Shown here: in pieces, positions 28,420 to 37,599 of the stretch
Position numbering within the stretch: position 1 is the stretch's first letter
Layout of the letters: the number at the start of each line of letters is the position of its first letter
NCBI GenBank assembly: GCA_964464735.1
Contig: CAYXKF010000003.1
Location: 3,808 to 67,807, forward strand
Length of the DNA: 64,000 nucleotides
From: an uncultured Candidatus Saccharibacteria bacterium
Lineage (GTDB): Bacteria > Patescibacteriota > Minisyncoccia > Phycocordibacterales > UBA1006
Direction of reading: 5' to 3'
Made by a program: the position numbers and the translations under genes
The notes under the pieces: generated by a model
What the model was told of the DNA's origin: nothing
Seen by the model: the letters and a program-made list of their open reading frames with translations, nothing else
The model's database searches: none

Positions 28420-28728
28420 TTAAGCTGCACGGGGAAACTTTTGCATGCCAATCCGCTCGGCTTGTGCCAGCAGTTTATGCTTGAGCTCTTTATCCCCATT
28501 TATACCCCGGGTTGTATTCCTTTCATACCTCGCCTCATCAAGTGGCCCAAGGTCAACCTCAAATATTGGCAGGTTAACTTTTACGTGCCTAAACATATTG
28601 ATGTAGAAATGCATAAAGTGCTCTTGCTGTTTTTCATTACCTGTATATTTGTAATCGTGATACGACAGCCAAATGATAATAAAAAACAAATAGCACACCC
28701 AAAATAAATTTAAAAATACGGAAGACAT
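28420..28728 (-). CDS. hypothetical small membrane protein
   Basis: 102-aa ORF with a hydrophobic N-terminus (VFLNLFWVCYLFFIIIWL). The opposite-strand ORF 28441..28707 is the alternative call. Weak. Confidence 0.3.
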   Translation of the reverse strand: MSSVFLNLFWVCYLFFIIIWLSYHDYKYTGNEKQQEHFMHFYINMFRHVKVNLPIFEVDLGPLDEARYERNTTRGINGDKELKHKLLAQAERIGMQKFPRAA

Positions 28729-28853
28729 ACGCTATAATTTTGATTAGAAAATTGGTTCCAGAATCTTGATTTTATATTACTCCCCGAACCTAATGGATGT
28801 CAAATGATAAAAGGGCCCCTTAACAAGTGGCCCTTTTTAATCCATATAAAAAG

Positions 28854-29186
28854 TCATGGAAAATGTATTACCGCTGCTTCTGCCCCTAATACGTCATCAT
28901 CTTTGGATAATTCTTTAAAATCAGTTGTTGCAAGAAATGTCGAGCGGAGGCTGATTCCCAACCCCATATGTGGCCGGTATTCTACTTCAAATGAATAGCT
29001 AAAACGGTAAATAAAATATCTTATCATTTTCACCATATCAGGATCAGACTTATGAAAATAAAGTAAGCCTGATAAAAAGAAAAAAATGATAACGGGGTCA
29101 AATACGTCAAGTAGCTTCATACAGTCTGTTTTAATGTTAATTAATGCAATGGTTAATTGATATGATACATCTGCGTATGCAACCAT
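28854..29186 (-). CDS. hypothetical small membrane protein
   Basis: 110-aa ORF with one hydrophobic helix (VIIFFFLSGLLYF). No homology recognised. Confidence 0.3.
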   Translation of the reverse strand: MVAYADVSYQLTIALINIKTDCMKLLDVFDPVIIFFFLSGLLYFHKSDPDMVKMIRYFIYRFSYSFEVEYRPHMGLGISLRSTFLATTDFKELSKDDDVLGAEAAVIHFP

Positions 29187-29238
29187 GCAACCTATCGTTA
29201 TTTTTTGTTCGAAAGTAAAAACATGCTACAGTTACCCT

Positions 29239-30045
29239 ATGAAAATTTTTTGCTGGAACGTGAATGGGGTCCGCGGCACACACAAGGCTGACAAACTGCT
29301 GTCGCATTTTGAATCGGGCGAATATGATTTTATTTGCCTACAAGAAACCAAGGCCGAGTTTGAACAACTGCCCGAAGAGCTAAAAAATATTTCGGGATAC
29401 TTTCCCGTTTTTTCACACTCGAAAAAGAAAAAAGGATACAGCGGGACCGCAATCTATTCGAAGCAAAAATTGTTATCAGTCATTTATGACTTTCCCCCCG
29501 CGATTGCAAAAAAGTTTCCGATGCACGAAGACCAGTATGGCGACCCCGATAACGAAGGGCGCTTGATTACTGCCGAGACCGAAAAATTTTTTTTAGTAAC
29601 AGTGTACACGCCAAATTCGAAGGGGGACCTTTCGCGATTAAAGCTAAGACACACGCTTTGGGATCCAGCATTTTTGGAATACATGAAGCTGCTTGAAAAA
29701 ACCAAGCCCGTTATTTTTTGCGGCGACCTAAATGTTGCGCATACCGAGGACGACCTAGCTAATCCAAAACAAAACGATGGCGAACATGGATTCACTAAAG
29801 AAGAGCGCGAAGGTATCGACAAGATAATTGCCGCCGGGTTCATCGACGCGTTTCGGTTGTTTAAAAAAGGAAAAGGATTTTATACCTGGTGGGCGCCGTA
29901 CGCCAAGGCGCGCGAGCGGAATGTTGGCTGGCGTATTGATTACTTTTTTGTATCCCAAGAATTAAAAAGCAAAGTAAAAGGCTGCGAAATTTTACCCCAT
30001 ATTATGGGTTCGGACCATTGTCCGGTTGTATTGGAGTTAAAATAA
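29239..30045 (+). CDS. xth: exodeoxyribonuclease III / AP endonuclease (Xth family)
   Basis: The N-terminus MKIFCWNVNGVRG...DFICLQETK and the C-terminus WRIDY...SDHCPV are the EEP-fold ExoIII signature. I trimmed the start to the ATG at 29239, which lies 6 nt after a -10-like TACAGT. Confidence 0.9.
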   Translation: MKIFCWNVNGVRGTHKADKLLSHFESGEYDFICLQETKAEFEQLPEELKNISGYFPVFSHSKKKKGYSGTAIYSKQKLLSVIYDFPPAIAKKFPMHEDQYGDPDNEGRLITAETEKFFLVTVYTPNSKGDLSRLKLRHTLWDPAFLEYMKLLEKTKPVIFCGDLNVAHTEDDLANPKQNDGEHGFTKEEREGIDKIIAAGFIDAFRLFKKGKGFYTWWAPYAKARERNVGWRIDYFFVSQELKSKVKGCEILPHIMGSDHCPVVLELK

Positions 30046-30058
30046 AATCAAAAGTATT

Positions 30059-30340
30059 AGTGCCAGTTTTTTATCAAACCTTTCCAAAAAACTCGAATAT
30101 TTGCCTGCTGGCAAATTTCGTCCACCTCGGCACCAAGCCCCTGCGATGAGCTTTTTGGAAAGGTCTGACGGGGTTCTTTTTAACGCAAATACATCACGCT
30201 CTCTAAAAATAAAAGTACCCGCTTACTTCAGAAAATCAACCGATCCAACCTTTTTTAAAAAGCTCGCCGGAGGCCAAGTGCCTGTTTGAGGGCTTTAGGA
30301 TCGGAGGAACCGCGCGAGCACGCGCGGATTCTGGTTTTTT
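30059..30340 (+). repeat. copy 1 of a ~290-nt structured repeat element (candidate ncRNA gene or MITE-like element)
   Basis: About 85% identical to 61664..61965 over the first 120 nt and the last 60 nt. Contains the hairpin ATTTGCC-tgct-GGCAAAT, the long-range pairing CTTTCCAAAAAACTC/GAGCTTTTTGGAAAG, and the 3' hairpin CCGCGCG-agca-CGCGCGG followed by a T-run. Lies between convergent xth and the aminopeptidase gene. Confidence 0.75.
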
Positions 30341-30443
30341 AAAAGGGTTGGATGAAAACTGGTACGATCTCTACATTATCTCAAGACCATCTCAAAAGTT
30401 GAGTACGACTCACACGCTCAAAAACTCCCTATGTTTCAATGTT

Positions 30444-31688
30444 TCACACCGTAAATCGCCCACGCTTGTACACAACCTTTTGCGTCCCGTCGTGCATGTG
30501 TGCAACCACGGTTCGATCAATAGTCGAGATAACATCGGTATGTACAACCGAGTCGTTATACCCCATCTTTTTCCATCCCGCCTTACTAACTTTACTTGGA
30601 TCGCCATCGTAACAATCGTGATAACTATTACCAACGGCGATATGTGTATTACCAAATGGCCCACCGACGTTTTCGTCGTATAGCGTATCTGCCATAAATT
30701 TAGTGATGCGCGACAAACGGTTATCGGTCAGCGACCACTCGCCCACTTTGTCAGCATTGCGCTGGGCAATCATCTCGCGAAGCACATGCTGGTTCTTTTT
30801 TGCGGTTGCATGGGCAACAACGCCATTTTTAAATTCCAGCTTAATTCCTTCGATGCGCGTACCGTGGTAATACAAGGGCTGGTTAAACGCGATCCATCCG
30901 TTGGTACCGCGCCAATCGGGTGACGTAAAAAGTTCAAAGCTTGGGATATTACGCCCCGAACCGCCAACCCACTTACGGTCTTTTCCAAGCTTAAACGTAA
31001 TGTCACAATCGGCGCCGTACATATGAAAGTAGTCTGCCCTTTTGGTAACCGCGTTCATAAACTGTTCAAACTTTTTAAGCTTTGCAAAAAGCGCTTGCCA
31101 CTTTTGTACCGGCTTTGGCGCGTCCAAGTAACACGCTTTGATGATTTGGTTCCAGTATTCAGTATGCGTAAGCTTTGCTTCACGCGCCATTTGCGGCGTA
31201 CCATACAGCGCCAACGTCCAGGTAAACTTTCCGGCATTTTCTTTTTTGATCAGCCAGTCGCGGTACGGTTTTGCGCTTTTGCCGCTTTCCATGATCTTTT
31301 TTGGATCTACCCCATCAAGCCCATGCGGATGCGTTTCGCTGATGATGTAAATTTGATGGTCGATCGTTTCGGCCATCGCCTTAAATATTTTTTTTGGAAA
31401 AAATGACAGCTGGTCGCTATCGGCAATTTCAAAGAACTCGCGGCTTAGGTTGCATTCTTCGGTATCGTCAGGAATGTAATGCCCAACAACATGGCCACCC
31501 GACTTTAATACTGCCTTGCGCAGTTCTTGGTACAGCGGCTTTGCGTATTCGTGGCAGGCAACGCGCACTACGTCACCTTTTTTAATTCCGTTGCCGTTAT
31601 TAAGCGCAAAGTTCACTAATATGTGCGCATAGCGTTCAAGCACTTTTTGGCTTGGGCGAAATTCGCCCGATTTCTTTTTGGTCGTCAT
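30444..31688 (-). CDS. aminopeptidase, M29 (AmpS/PepS-like) family
   Basis: The N-terminus (ERYAHILVNFALNNGNGIKKGDVVRV) and overall length match thermophilic-metalloprotease M29 aminopeptidases. The upstream stop is 6 nt away. Confidence 0.6.
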   Translation of the reverse strand: MTTKKKSGEFRPSQKVLERYAHILVNFALNNGNGIKKGDVVRVACHEYAKPLYQELRKAVLKSGGHVVGHYIPDDTEECNLSREFFEIADSDQLSFFPKKIFKAMAETIDHQIYIISETHPHGLDGVDPKKIMESGKSAKPYRDWLIKKENAGKFTWTLALYGTPQMAREAKLTHTEYWNQIIKACYLDAPKPVQKWQALFAKLKKFEQFMNAVTKRADYFHMYGADCDITFKLGKDRKWVGGSGRNIPSFELFTSPDWRGTNGWIAFNQPLYYHGTRIEGIKLEFKNGVVAHATAKKNQHVLREMIAQRNADKVGEWSLTDNRLSRITKFMADTLYDENVGGPFGNTHIAVGNSYHDCYDGDPSKVSKAGWKKMGYNDSVVHTDVISTIDRTVVAHMHDGTQKVVYKRGRFTV

Positions 31689-31694
31689 ATGGTT

Positions 31695-32723
31695 TTATTG
31701 TACGCGCATTACGATTTGTGGCAACAAAAAAAGCCTCGCTTGTAGCGAAGGCTTTGTACCGGGTTTTTCCGGCCTTAGTTTATCTTTCTTCTTTTTTTCT
31801 TTATTAGGTGGGCAGCACTTAAAGTATGTGGTTATTATGACCCCATCATCATAGTAATCAATACGTCGGCGCTCTTTGCCTTTTTCTTTTTTCAGGATTT
31901 CTATTATGACATCCCGGCCAGGCATTTTATCGGAACTAAGTCTGTATATGTGCGAGTTCGTATCAGATCTTTCAACCTTATACTTACTTAGGTTGCTCTC
32001 ACACAGCAAGGATTGGGCTAAATTATTTGTTTGTGCTGGGCCGTGGTAAAACGCCCAAGAAAGAGCAGTAAGAACTACCTTCCACTCTTTTTTTCTTTTC
32101 GCTTTGTGTTTTATATCTACATTCTTAAAAAACTTCATCTTCTGCTTTACGTCTAACGTGACTGGTGTACCAGACTTGGCAACAAGGGTCAGCAGGCAAG
32201 ATGAGCTTAAAGCATCACTCACCGTATCGGTTAAACTTATCAGCGTAGAAACTGTAGTAGAAGTAGTATCAGCAGCAACTGGCGCTGCAAAAGTATTCTT
32301 AGAAGGCGCAATATTTACGCTTTTTTCGTTACAGGCAGGGCAAGCAATATCAGAAGTTGCAGTTTTCAGGGTCGGACAGGCAGTTTTCAGGTCATGGGTC
32401 AGCACTTTCTGAGTGCAAGAATAAATCATTTGGTCACCAGATGAGGCAGTAAATACTATTTCCTTAGTTTCAGTATCATACGAAAGGATTTCGCCGGGTT
32501 TTACCAGCATTGCACTATCAGTAACATTGCGCTTGGCAAAGTGCATGCCAAACACAATTTGGTAGGTGCCAAACGGAGATCCATACCCCGCCTCGGCAAC
32601 CGTTTTTTGCAAGCAAGCTATTTTACAGCTTGCTGCGTCACCTCTTTCAAAGGTAACCGAAATTACCTCTGATTTTGCCGCCATCGTAATTACGATGAAC
32701 AACAATAAGAATAACTGTTTCAT
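31695..32723 (-). CDS. secreted hypothetical protein (342 aa) with Lys-rich C-terminus
   Basis: Signal peptide MKQLFLLLFIVITMAAKSEV. No catalytic motif. The C-terminus is a KKEKKKKDK tail. A promoter TTGTCT-16-TATAAT lies upstream. Confidence 0.6.
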   Translation of the reverse strand: MKQLFLLLFIVITMAAKSEVISVTFERGDAASCKIACLQKTVAEAGYGSPFGTYQIVFGMHFAKRNVTDSAMLVKPGEILSYDTETKEIVFTASSGDQMIYSCTQKVLTHDLKTACPTLKTATSDIACPACNEKSVNIAPSKNTFAAPVAADTTSTTVSTLISLTDTVSDALSSSCLLTLVAKSGTPVTLDVKQKMKFFKNVDIKHKAKRKKEWKVVLTALSWAFYHGPAQTNNLAQSLLCESNLSKYKVERSDTNSHIYRLSSDKMPGRDVIIEILKKEKGKERRRIDYYDDGVIITTYFKCCPPNKEKKKKDKLRPEKPGTKPSLQARLFLLPQIVMRVQ

Positions 32724-32891
32724 GAACTAAACAATTTAAAATTAACAATGAACGTGTTTTTAGGTTGCTGGTATTATACCATATCTATATAAAAAGACAA
32801 GTCCTTGCTGGTTTTTGCATTGCTCATGTGTTGCAGGGTATAATAACTACCTGAAAGCATCTTTTATTTTTTCTACCCAAAACTTAACGCA

Positions 32892-33359
32892 ATGCCAGTA
32901 ACAATAAAAACCGCGCCACTATGCGCTTGTACCGACTCCCAAAAACTATGGGATTTTTTTAAACAAAGCCCCATCCACAAAAGATTTTCTTACATCGACC
33001 GAGATGCACATTTGCTGCTCAAGGCCGAAAAACCACCATCGAAATACCTGCAACCTTATAGTTTCGAGCTTATGACCGATACCATACTTCCGCAACTCGC
33101 AGCCACATACACAGTTTTAGGAAACTCAGTTGCCGGCGTCTATGGACTGATATCATATGCGCTTTCGATTGACGTAAATACCTTCAATACCGAGCTTGAA
33201 GACGGATGGTACCTATCACCGCGACTTTTCGGAACGCGCATTCCGGCAATAAAAAAAGAAAAAAACAGTTTGTCGCTTATGATCGGCGGCAAAAAATCAC
33301 TTTACCAAAATTGGAGAGGCTCAAACCTTATCTTGTATCAAAACTTTACCACGACATGA
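32892..33359 (+). CDS. hypothetical protein (155 aa)
   Basis: Clean ORF downstream of a TTGCAT-18-TATAAT promoter. Followed by a bidirectional terminator. Confidence 0.45.
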   Translation: MPVTIKTAPLCACTDSQKLWDFFKQSPIHKRFSYIDRDAHLLLKAEKPPSKYLQPYSFELMTDTILPQLAATYTVLGNSVAGVYGLISYALSIDVNTFNTELEDGWYLSPRLFGTRIPAIKKEKNSLSLMIGGKKSLYQNWRGSNLILYQNFTTT

Positions 33360-33368
33360 CATACCACT

Positions 33369-33400
33369 GTAGCCGCTTTTTTAATGCGGCTACTTTTTTA
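33369..33400. terminator. bidirectional terminator between convergent genes
   Basis: GTAGCCGC-ttttttaat-GCGGCTAC with T-runs on both sides. Confidence 0.65.
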
Positions 33401-33444
33401 TTAACTTCAGCCTACTAGTACACTGATACTAAGAGCAAAAGAAC

Positions 33445-34260
33445 TTACGATCTTTTTTTGTTCATAAAATGCTGTTTCTTTTTTGCATTAAGCCGTTCGA
33501 TCGCATATCGAAGCGCGGTGCGAGGCATACTCGAGGCGTGCTGTTCAAGAAATTCACAAAGCATCTTTTCACCACAACGCTTCCCTACCTCGCGAAGCAT
33601 CCATCCGACGGCCTTGTGCATTAAGTCGTGCGTATCATGTAATAACTTTTCGGCAACCCATAGCGAAAGTCCGCTTTTGCCTTGCTTAATAAAGTGAAAC
33701 GTACTGATCATTGCAATACGCCTTTCCCAAATATTTTGTGACTTGATAAGCGGCAACAAGAATTTCTTTTGCTGGGATATTGTAAGATCGCCAAGATATA
33801 ACCCAACGCAATGTTCGGCCGAAACATCTACTAAATCCCAATTGTTTATTCCTTGTATATTAGCAAAATAAAAGCCACAGACGGCTTTTCTTTCGGATGG
33901 AGTTTTTGCTTTTCTTGTTTTACCCGAGAGTAAAATAGCGCCGGCCAATCGGTATTCGTGCCATTTACTTAGCAAAAGTTTTTTAATGTCTCGGAGTGGC
34001 AAATCAGAGTAAGATTTTAAAATTGCCCGAGTAGTCGCAACCGAAATGCCTAAAAACTTGTCGCCATATCCATACTGCCCTTTTGCAGTCTTAAAAAACA
34101 TCGCGATTGCACCAGCACGCTGGGTATTTGTGTGCTTCTGAAATTCTTTTAATAAATGCGTAATAGTATTTTTCACTAAATCTATTTTTATCACAAAGCA
34201 CGCAAAACAAAAAGCCGGGTAATGCCGGCTTTTAGTAATTTTAGTGAAATAATCCACCAT
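33445..34260 (-). CDS. DNA alkylation repair protein (AlkD/AlkC-like HEAT-repeat glycosylase family)
   Basis: The FFKTAKGQYGYGDKFLGISV...W..R.A motif pattern is typical of the DNA_alkylation family. The start was chosen at the internal Met MVDYF (34260), so the track ORF 33445..34281 is shortened. Confidence 0.65.
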   Translation of the reverse strand: MVDYFTKITKSRHYPAFCFACFVIKIDLVKNTITHLLKEFQKHTNTQRAGAIAMFFKTAKGQYGYGDKFLGISVATTRAILKSYSDLPLRDIKKLLLSKWHEYRLAGAILLSGKTRKAKTPSERKAVCGFYFANIQGINNWDLVDVSAEHCVGLYLGDLTISQQKKFLLPLIKSQNIWERRIAMISTFHFIKQGKSGLSLWVAEKLLHDTHDLMHKAVGWMLREVGKRCGEKMLCEFLEQHASSMPRTALRYAIERLNAKKKQHFMNKKRS

Positions 34261-34465
34261 AGTTTTGCAAAAACAATTCATAGTCTTTTACATAAACAAA
34301 TTTTCCTAAAGTAGTAAGAAACATAAATTGTTCTGCATCAATGCAGTTAAAGGTAATATACACTTGATATGCCCTTTCGGTGAAATAATGGGTCTTACCG
34401 CAGGTGCACTGTATTACCCCTTCGTCATCAACTGATGTGATAACATGCGTATCTTTTTGATTCAT
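34241..34465 (-). CDS. hypothetical small Cys-containing protein (74 aa)
   Basis: Short ORF with CxC...C residues. No support beyond the ORF itself. Confidence 0.25.
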   Translation of the reverse strand: MNQKDTHVITSVDDEGVIQCTCGKTHYFTERAYQVYITFNCIDAEQFMFLTTLGKFVYVKDYELFLQNYGGLFH

Positions 34466-34663
34466 AAATCATAATTAAATTGTAAAAGAAAACAGCCCTC
34501 GACCTAGAGAGCTGTTTTCTTATATTTGTAGATCTATACCAACACAATGAACAGCCCCCTATTTCGCAGGGCTGTAATAGTTAACGTTGTTGATATGCGT
34601 TTGCATAAAGTTAATAGTACTGAACTAAGACTAATTGTCAAACAAGGTTTGTTTCACGCGAAA

Positions 34664-36175
34664 CTATTTTTCTTTTCGTACTTTATGTTTCGCGTGTAGC
34701 GCAGCAACTTCAGCTTCTTCTAATTCTTTTTGTTTCTCCTTCCCTGCCTCACCTAGTTTCTTTAATTCTGCATCTGAAAGATCCAAAAGTTCTGTTGCAC
34801 GTTTCACAAGAAACTCATTTGTATTTTTTTGCGGATCTTCAAGTACTTCTTCCATTAATGCATTGAGTGTCCAACCTATGCGCGGCCCTGGTTTCACGTC
34901 AAACGTTTTCATAATTGTGTTTCCATCAATCTTTAACTGTGAAACAGAAATCGGATCACGCAGCGCTTCTTCGATCATTGCTTCGTATTTGCGTAAGCGG
35001 TATGGATCTTCTTTTGCACGGCCCATACCTATGCGATCACATCGTCGCACCTTCATAAGATCCCATATCAACTCTGGTGAAACATTACGGATAATTCGCC
35101 GAACAGCCGATAGAGTTATTTGATCAGTATCACTAAAGAACATATGGTAGCGAATAAGCTTCACTACTTTATTAATCATGTCGTTATCATACTTCATGTT
35201 TCGCATGAAACGCTCAGCAATTTTCGCTCCCACCACTTCATGGCCATAAAAAGTATGTTCATTTTGAGCCGCATCCCAGCGTTTGGTCGCCGGCTTTCCT
35301 ATATCATGAAAAAGAGCCGCAAGTCTCACGTGAAACTCCCATCCATTATCTGCCGCAAACTGGCATGCTCGAACTAAGTGTTCGTATACGTCATAAATAT
35401 GGCTTCGATTTTGTCCGATTCCGTAGGAATCAACCAAATCCTTAGAAATATATTGTAATAATTGAGTTTCACGTAAAACATTGATACCTTTCATTGGGCT
35501 AGGCGATAAGATGATCTTGTTAAATTCATCCCTGATTCTTTCACATGAAACCTTTGAAAGTAAAGAATAATTAGATTTTAAAGCTTCAAAGGTTTCACGT
35601 GACACATCAAAACCTAGTTGCACATGAAAACGCACACATCGCATAAGTCGAAGGGCGTCTTCCTGGAACCTGTCACTGGGATTTCCAACGGTTTTAATCG
35701 ACATGTCTTTTATGTCTTTTATACCCCCATATGGGTCAACAATGTCGTTTAAGATAGGATCAAAGGCTATGGCATTTATAGTAAAATCACGCCTTGATAG
35801 ATCATCTTCTAGACTTGCGTTAAACGACACTACGTCAGGATGCCGGGCATCAGAATACCCACCCTCAAGCCGATACGGCGTAATTTGGATCTCACGAAAG
35901 ATTGATTCGGTAGGCTCGTTCTCGTCAATAACAAATACCGTTCCAAAATCGTTCTCGTAGACTGTTTTTGGATATAATCCTTGAATTTGTTCGGGGTTAG
36001 CATTGGTTGTAATATCCCAATCTTTGGGTTCGCGATTCATTAGTACGTCGCGCACGCACCCGCCTACCAAATAGGCGCTATAGCCCGCCTTATGCAGTAC
36101 ATCCAAAGTATTAAGTACTTTTTTAGGAATATACTCACGCATGGGGTTTAACTGGCATGACAATCGCAGCCACAA
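34664..36175 (-). CDS. cca: CCA-adding tRNA nucleotidyltransferase / poly(A) polymerase family with HD domain
   Basis: LVGGCVRD...DWD nucleotidyltransferase motif. HD-domain His/Asp motifs (FHDIGK...). The likely start is MREYIP at 36142. Confidence 0.85.
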   Translation of the reverse strand: MWLRLSCQLNPMREYIPKKVLNTLDVLHKAGYSAYLVGGCVRDVLMNREPKDWDITTNANPEQIQGLYPKTVYENDFGTVFVIDENEPTESIFREIQITPYRLEGGYSDARHPDVVSFNASLEDDLSRRDFTINAIAFDPILNDIVDPYGGIKDIKDMSIKTVGNPSDRFQEDALRLMRCVRFHVQLGFDVSRETFEALKSNYSLLSKVSCERIRDEFNKIILSPSPMKGINVLRETQLLQYISKDLVDSYGIGQNRSHIYDVYEHLVRACQFAADNGWEFHVRLAALFHDIGKPATKRWDAAQNEHTFYGHEVVGAKIAERFMRNMKYDNDMINKVVKLIRYHMFFSDTDQITLSAVRRIIRNVSPELIWDLMKVRRCDRIGMGRAKEDPYRLRKYEAMIEEALRDPISVSQLKIDGNTIMKTFDVKPGPRIGWTLNALMEEVLEDPQKNTNEFLVKRATELLDLSDAELKKLGEAGKEKQKELEEAEVAALHAKHKVRKEK

Positions 36176-36335
36176 TGTACACTAAGATTCCCGGACCAAT
36201 ACCAGTAATAAGGGTTAAAAATAAGTATCCAAGGCGCACCAACACCGGATCGACATTAAAATATTCGCCAATCCCGGCACAGACGCCCGAAATTACATGA
36301 TGCGTTCGGCATCGGTAGATTTTTTTTATTTCCAT
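36135..36335 (-). CDS. PspC-domain small membrane protein
   Basis: RCRTHHVISGVCAGIGEYFNVDPVLVRLGYLFLTLI matches the PspC N-terminal domain consensus. One TM helix. Confidence 0.6.
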   Translation of the reverse strand: MEIKKIYRCRTHHVISGVCAGIGEYFNVDPVLVRLGYLFLTLITGIGPGILVYIVAAIVMPVKPHA

Positions 36336-36534
36336 AAACAGGATAATTATAACAAATTTAATAGAAGCAAGAGAACTAAAGGCTTTAAAACCTTATACGA
36401 ATATAGGATATATTCTATTTAGTTCTTTCGTTCCTGCGGATATGCAACATATTCCACCTGTGCGGATACGATGCGTATCCTGCACAACTCTCTCTGCAAA
36501 TCGCAAGCGTACTTGCGTTTGCGCTCGTTCGTTG

Positions 36535-36605
36535 TGCGGATAGGGAGAATCGAACTCCCGTCTCGTCCTTGGCAAGGACGCATTCTACCACTAAACCATA
36601 TCCGC
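36535..36605 (-). tRNA. tRNA-Gly (anticodon GCC)
   Basis: Manual cloverleaf fold gives acceptor GCGGATA/TATCCGC, anticodon stem CGTCC/GGACG with loop TTGCCAA, and T-arm GGGAG-TTCGATT-CTCCC. 71 nt, no encoded CCA. A divergent promoter TTGCAC-16-TATAAT lies just upstream. Confidence 0.85.
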
Positions 36606-36720
36606 GACGAAAGCGATTATAGCAAGAAACCGCAGTTGTGCAACTTTTTGCTTGAGTTGCACGGGTTTTATGCTATTATCAGCAGCGTAATGCATCGTTT
36701 GAGCAATCAAAAGATGTATA

Positions 36721-36792
36721 TGCCCTCGTGGTGAAATGGATATCACAGCGGTCTTCGGAACCGTTATTCTGGGTTCGAGTCCTGGCGAGGGC
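36721..36792 (+). tRNA. tRNA-Arg (anticodon TCG), probable
   Basis: Acceptor GCCCTCG/CGAGGGC, D-stem GTGA/TCAC, anticodon stem GCGGT/ACCGT with loop CTTCGGA, T-loop TTCGAGT. The T-stem has two G-U pairs, so the anticodon call is moderately confident. Confidence 0.7.
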
Positions 36793-37092
36793 ACAGACAA
36801 GAACAGAAGTAGCAATGTTTACACAGTAACGAAGTTCACTTTGTCAAATACGTCGTTTTTAAGTTTTAGGCCAAAGATTTGCAAAATCTTTATCACACAA
36901 AGGCTCTTAAACCACAGTTTTTGACCCTTGTGGATAATCCTGTTACTTTGGGGGAAAAGGACGTCCTTTTGACGGTTAGAATTTTTAAACGACAATACCA
37001 AAAAAGACGCATAAAAGTCATACACAATAAGGGTTTTCTAACACTTTTGCCATAAAAAACAGTCTTAAAATGTTTCACGTGAAACATGTTTC

Positions 37093-37461
37093 ATGATACG
37101 AATATTTACCTCAAAAACTCAAAAAATAGGCGAACGCGGCGAGAAAATCGCTATGCAATTTCTGCAAAAACATGGTTTCACAATTGTTGAACAAAACTAC
37201 AGTACGCGTTATGGCGAGATCGATATTGTTGCACAAAAAGGGGATACGCTGTACTTAGTCGAAGTAAAATCCCAAAACATCAATACGACAGTAAGCCCTT
37301 TTGAAAACTTAACGCCAAAAAAGATCCGGTCGCTTACCGTCATGACGCAAATCTACGTCGAGCATAAAAAATGGAAGGGTGATTACCGTTTAATAGGGTG
37401 CCTGGTGCGCCTAGACGACATAAACAGGCAAGCATTGGTCGAAACGATTGACCTGGCTTAA
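37093..37461 (+). CDS. YraN/UPF0102 family endonuclease-like protein
   Basis: GEKIAMQFLQKHGFTIVEQNYSTRYGEIDIVAQKGDTLYLVEVK matches the UPF0102 (YraN) core with the conserved E-D...E-V-K pattern. Confidence 0.7.
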   Translation: MIRIFTSKTQKIGERGEKIAMQFLQKHGFTIVEQNYSTRYGEIDIVAQKGDTLYLVEVKSQNINTTVSPFENLTPKKIRSLTVMTQIYVEHKKWKGDYRLIGCLVRLDDINRQALVETIDLA

Positions 37462-37514
37462 AAAGGGAAGTAAGGCTTTTATTTTATAAATAGTATGGTA
37501 TATTCCAAAAGCTT

Positions 37515-37590
37515 CGGGGCGTGGTGTAACGGCTAACATTCCTGTTTTGGGAACAGGCGACTCTGGGTTCGAATCCCAGCGCCCCGACCA
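37515..37590 (+). tRNA. tRNA-Pro (anticodon TGG)
   Basis: Acceptor CGGGGCG/CGCCCCG, anticodon stem CCTGT/ACAGG with loop TTTGGGA, T-arm CTGGG-TTCGAAT-CCCAG. The 3' CCA is encoded. Confidence 0.85.
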
Positions 37591-37599
37591 TTGGACAAC

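Noticed and set aside
30101-30289. 62-aa ORF inside repeat copy 1 (and the 86-aa ORF 61664..61924 in copy 2) as protein-coding genes
   Set aside because: The two peptides are similar only over the segment that forms conserved RNA helices. They diverge completely elsewhere and differ in length. Substitutions between copies are compensatory for base pairing rather than synonymous. I treated the element as non-coding.
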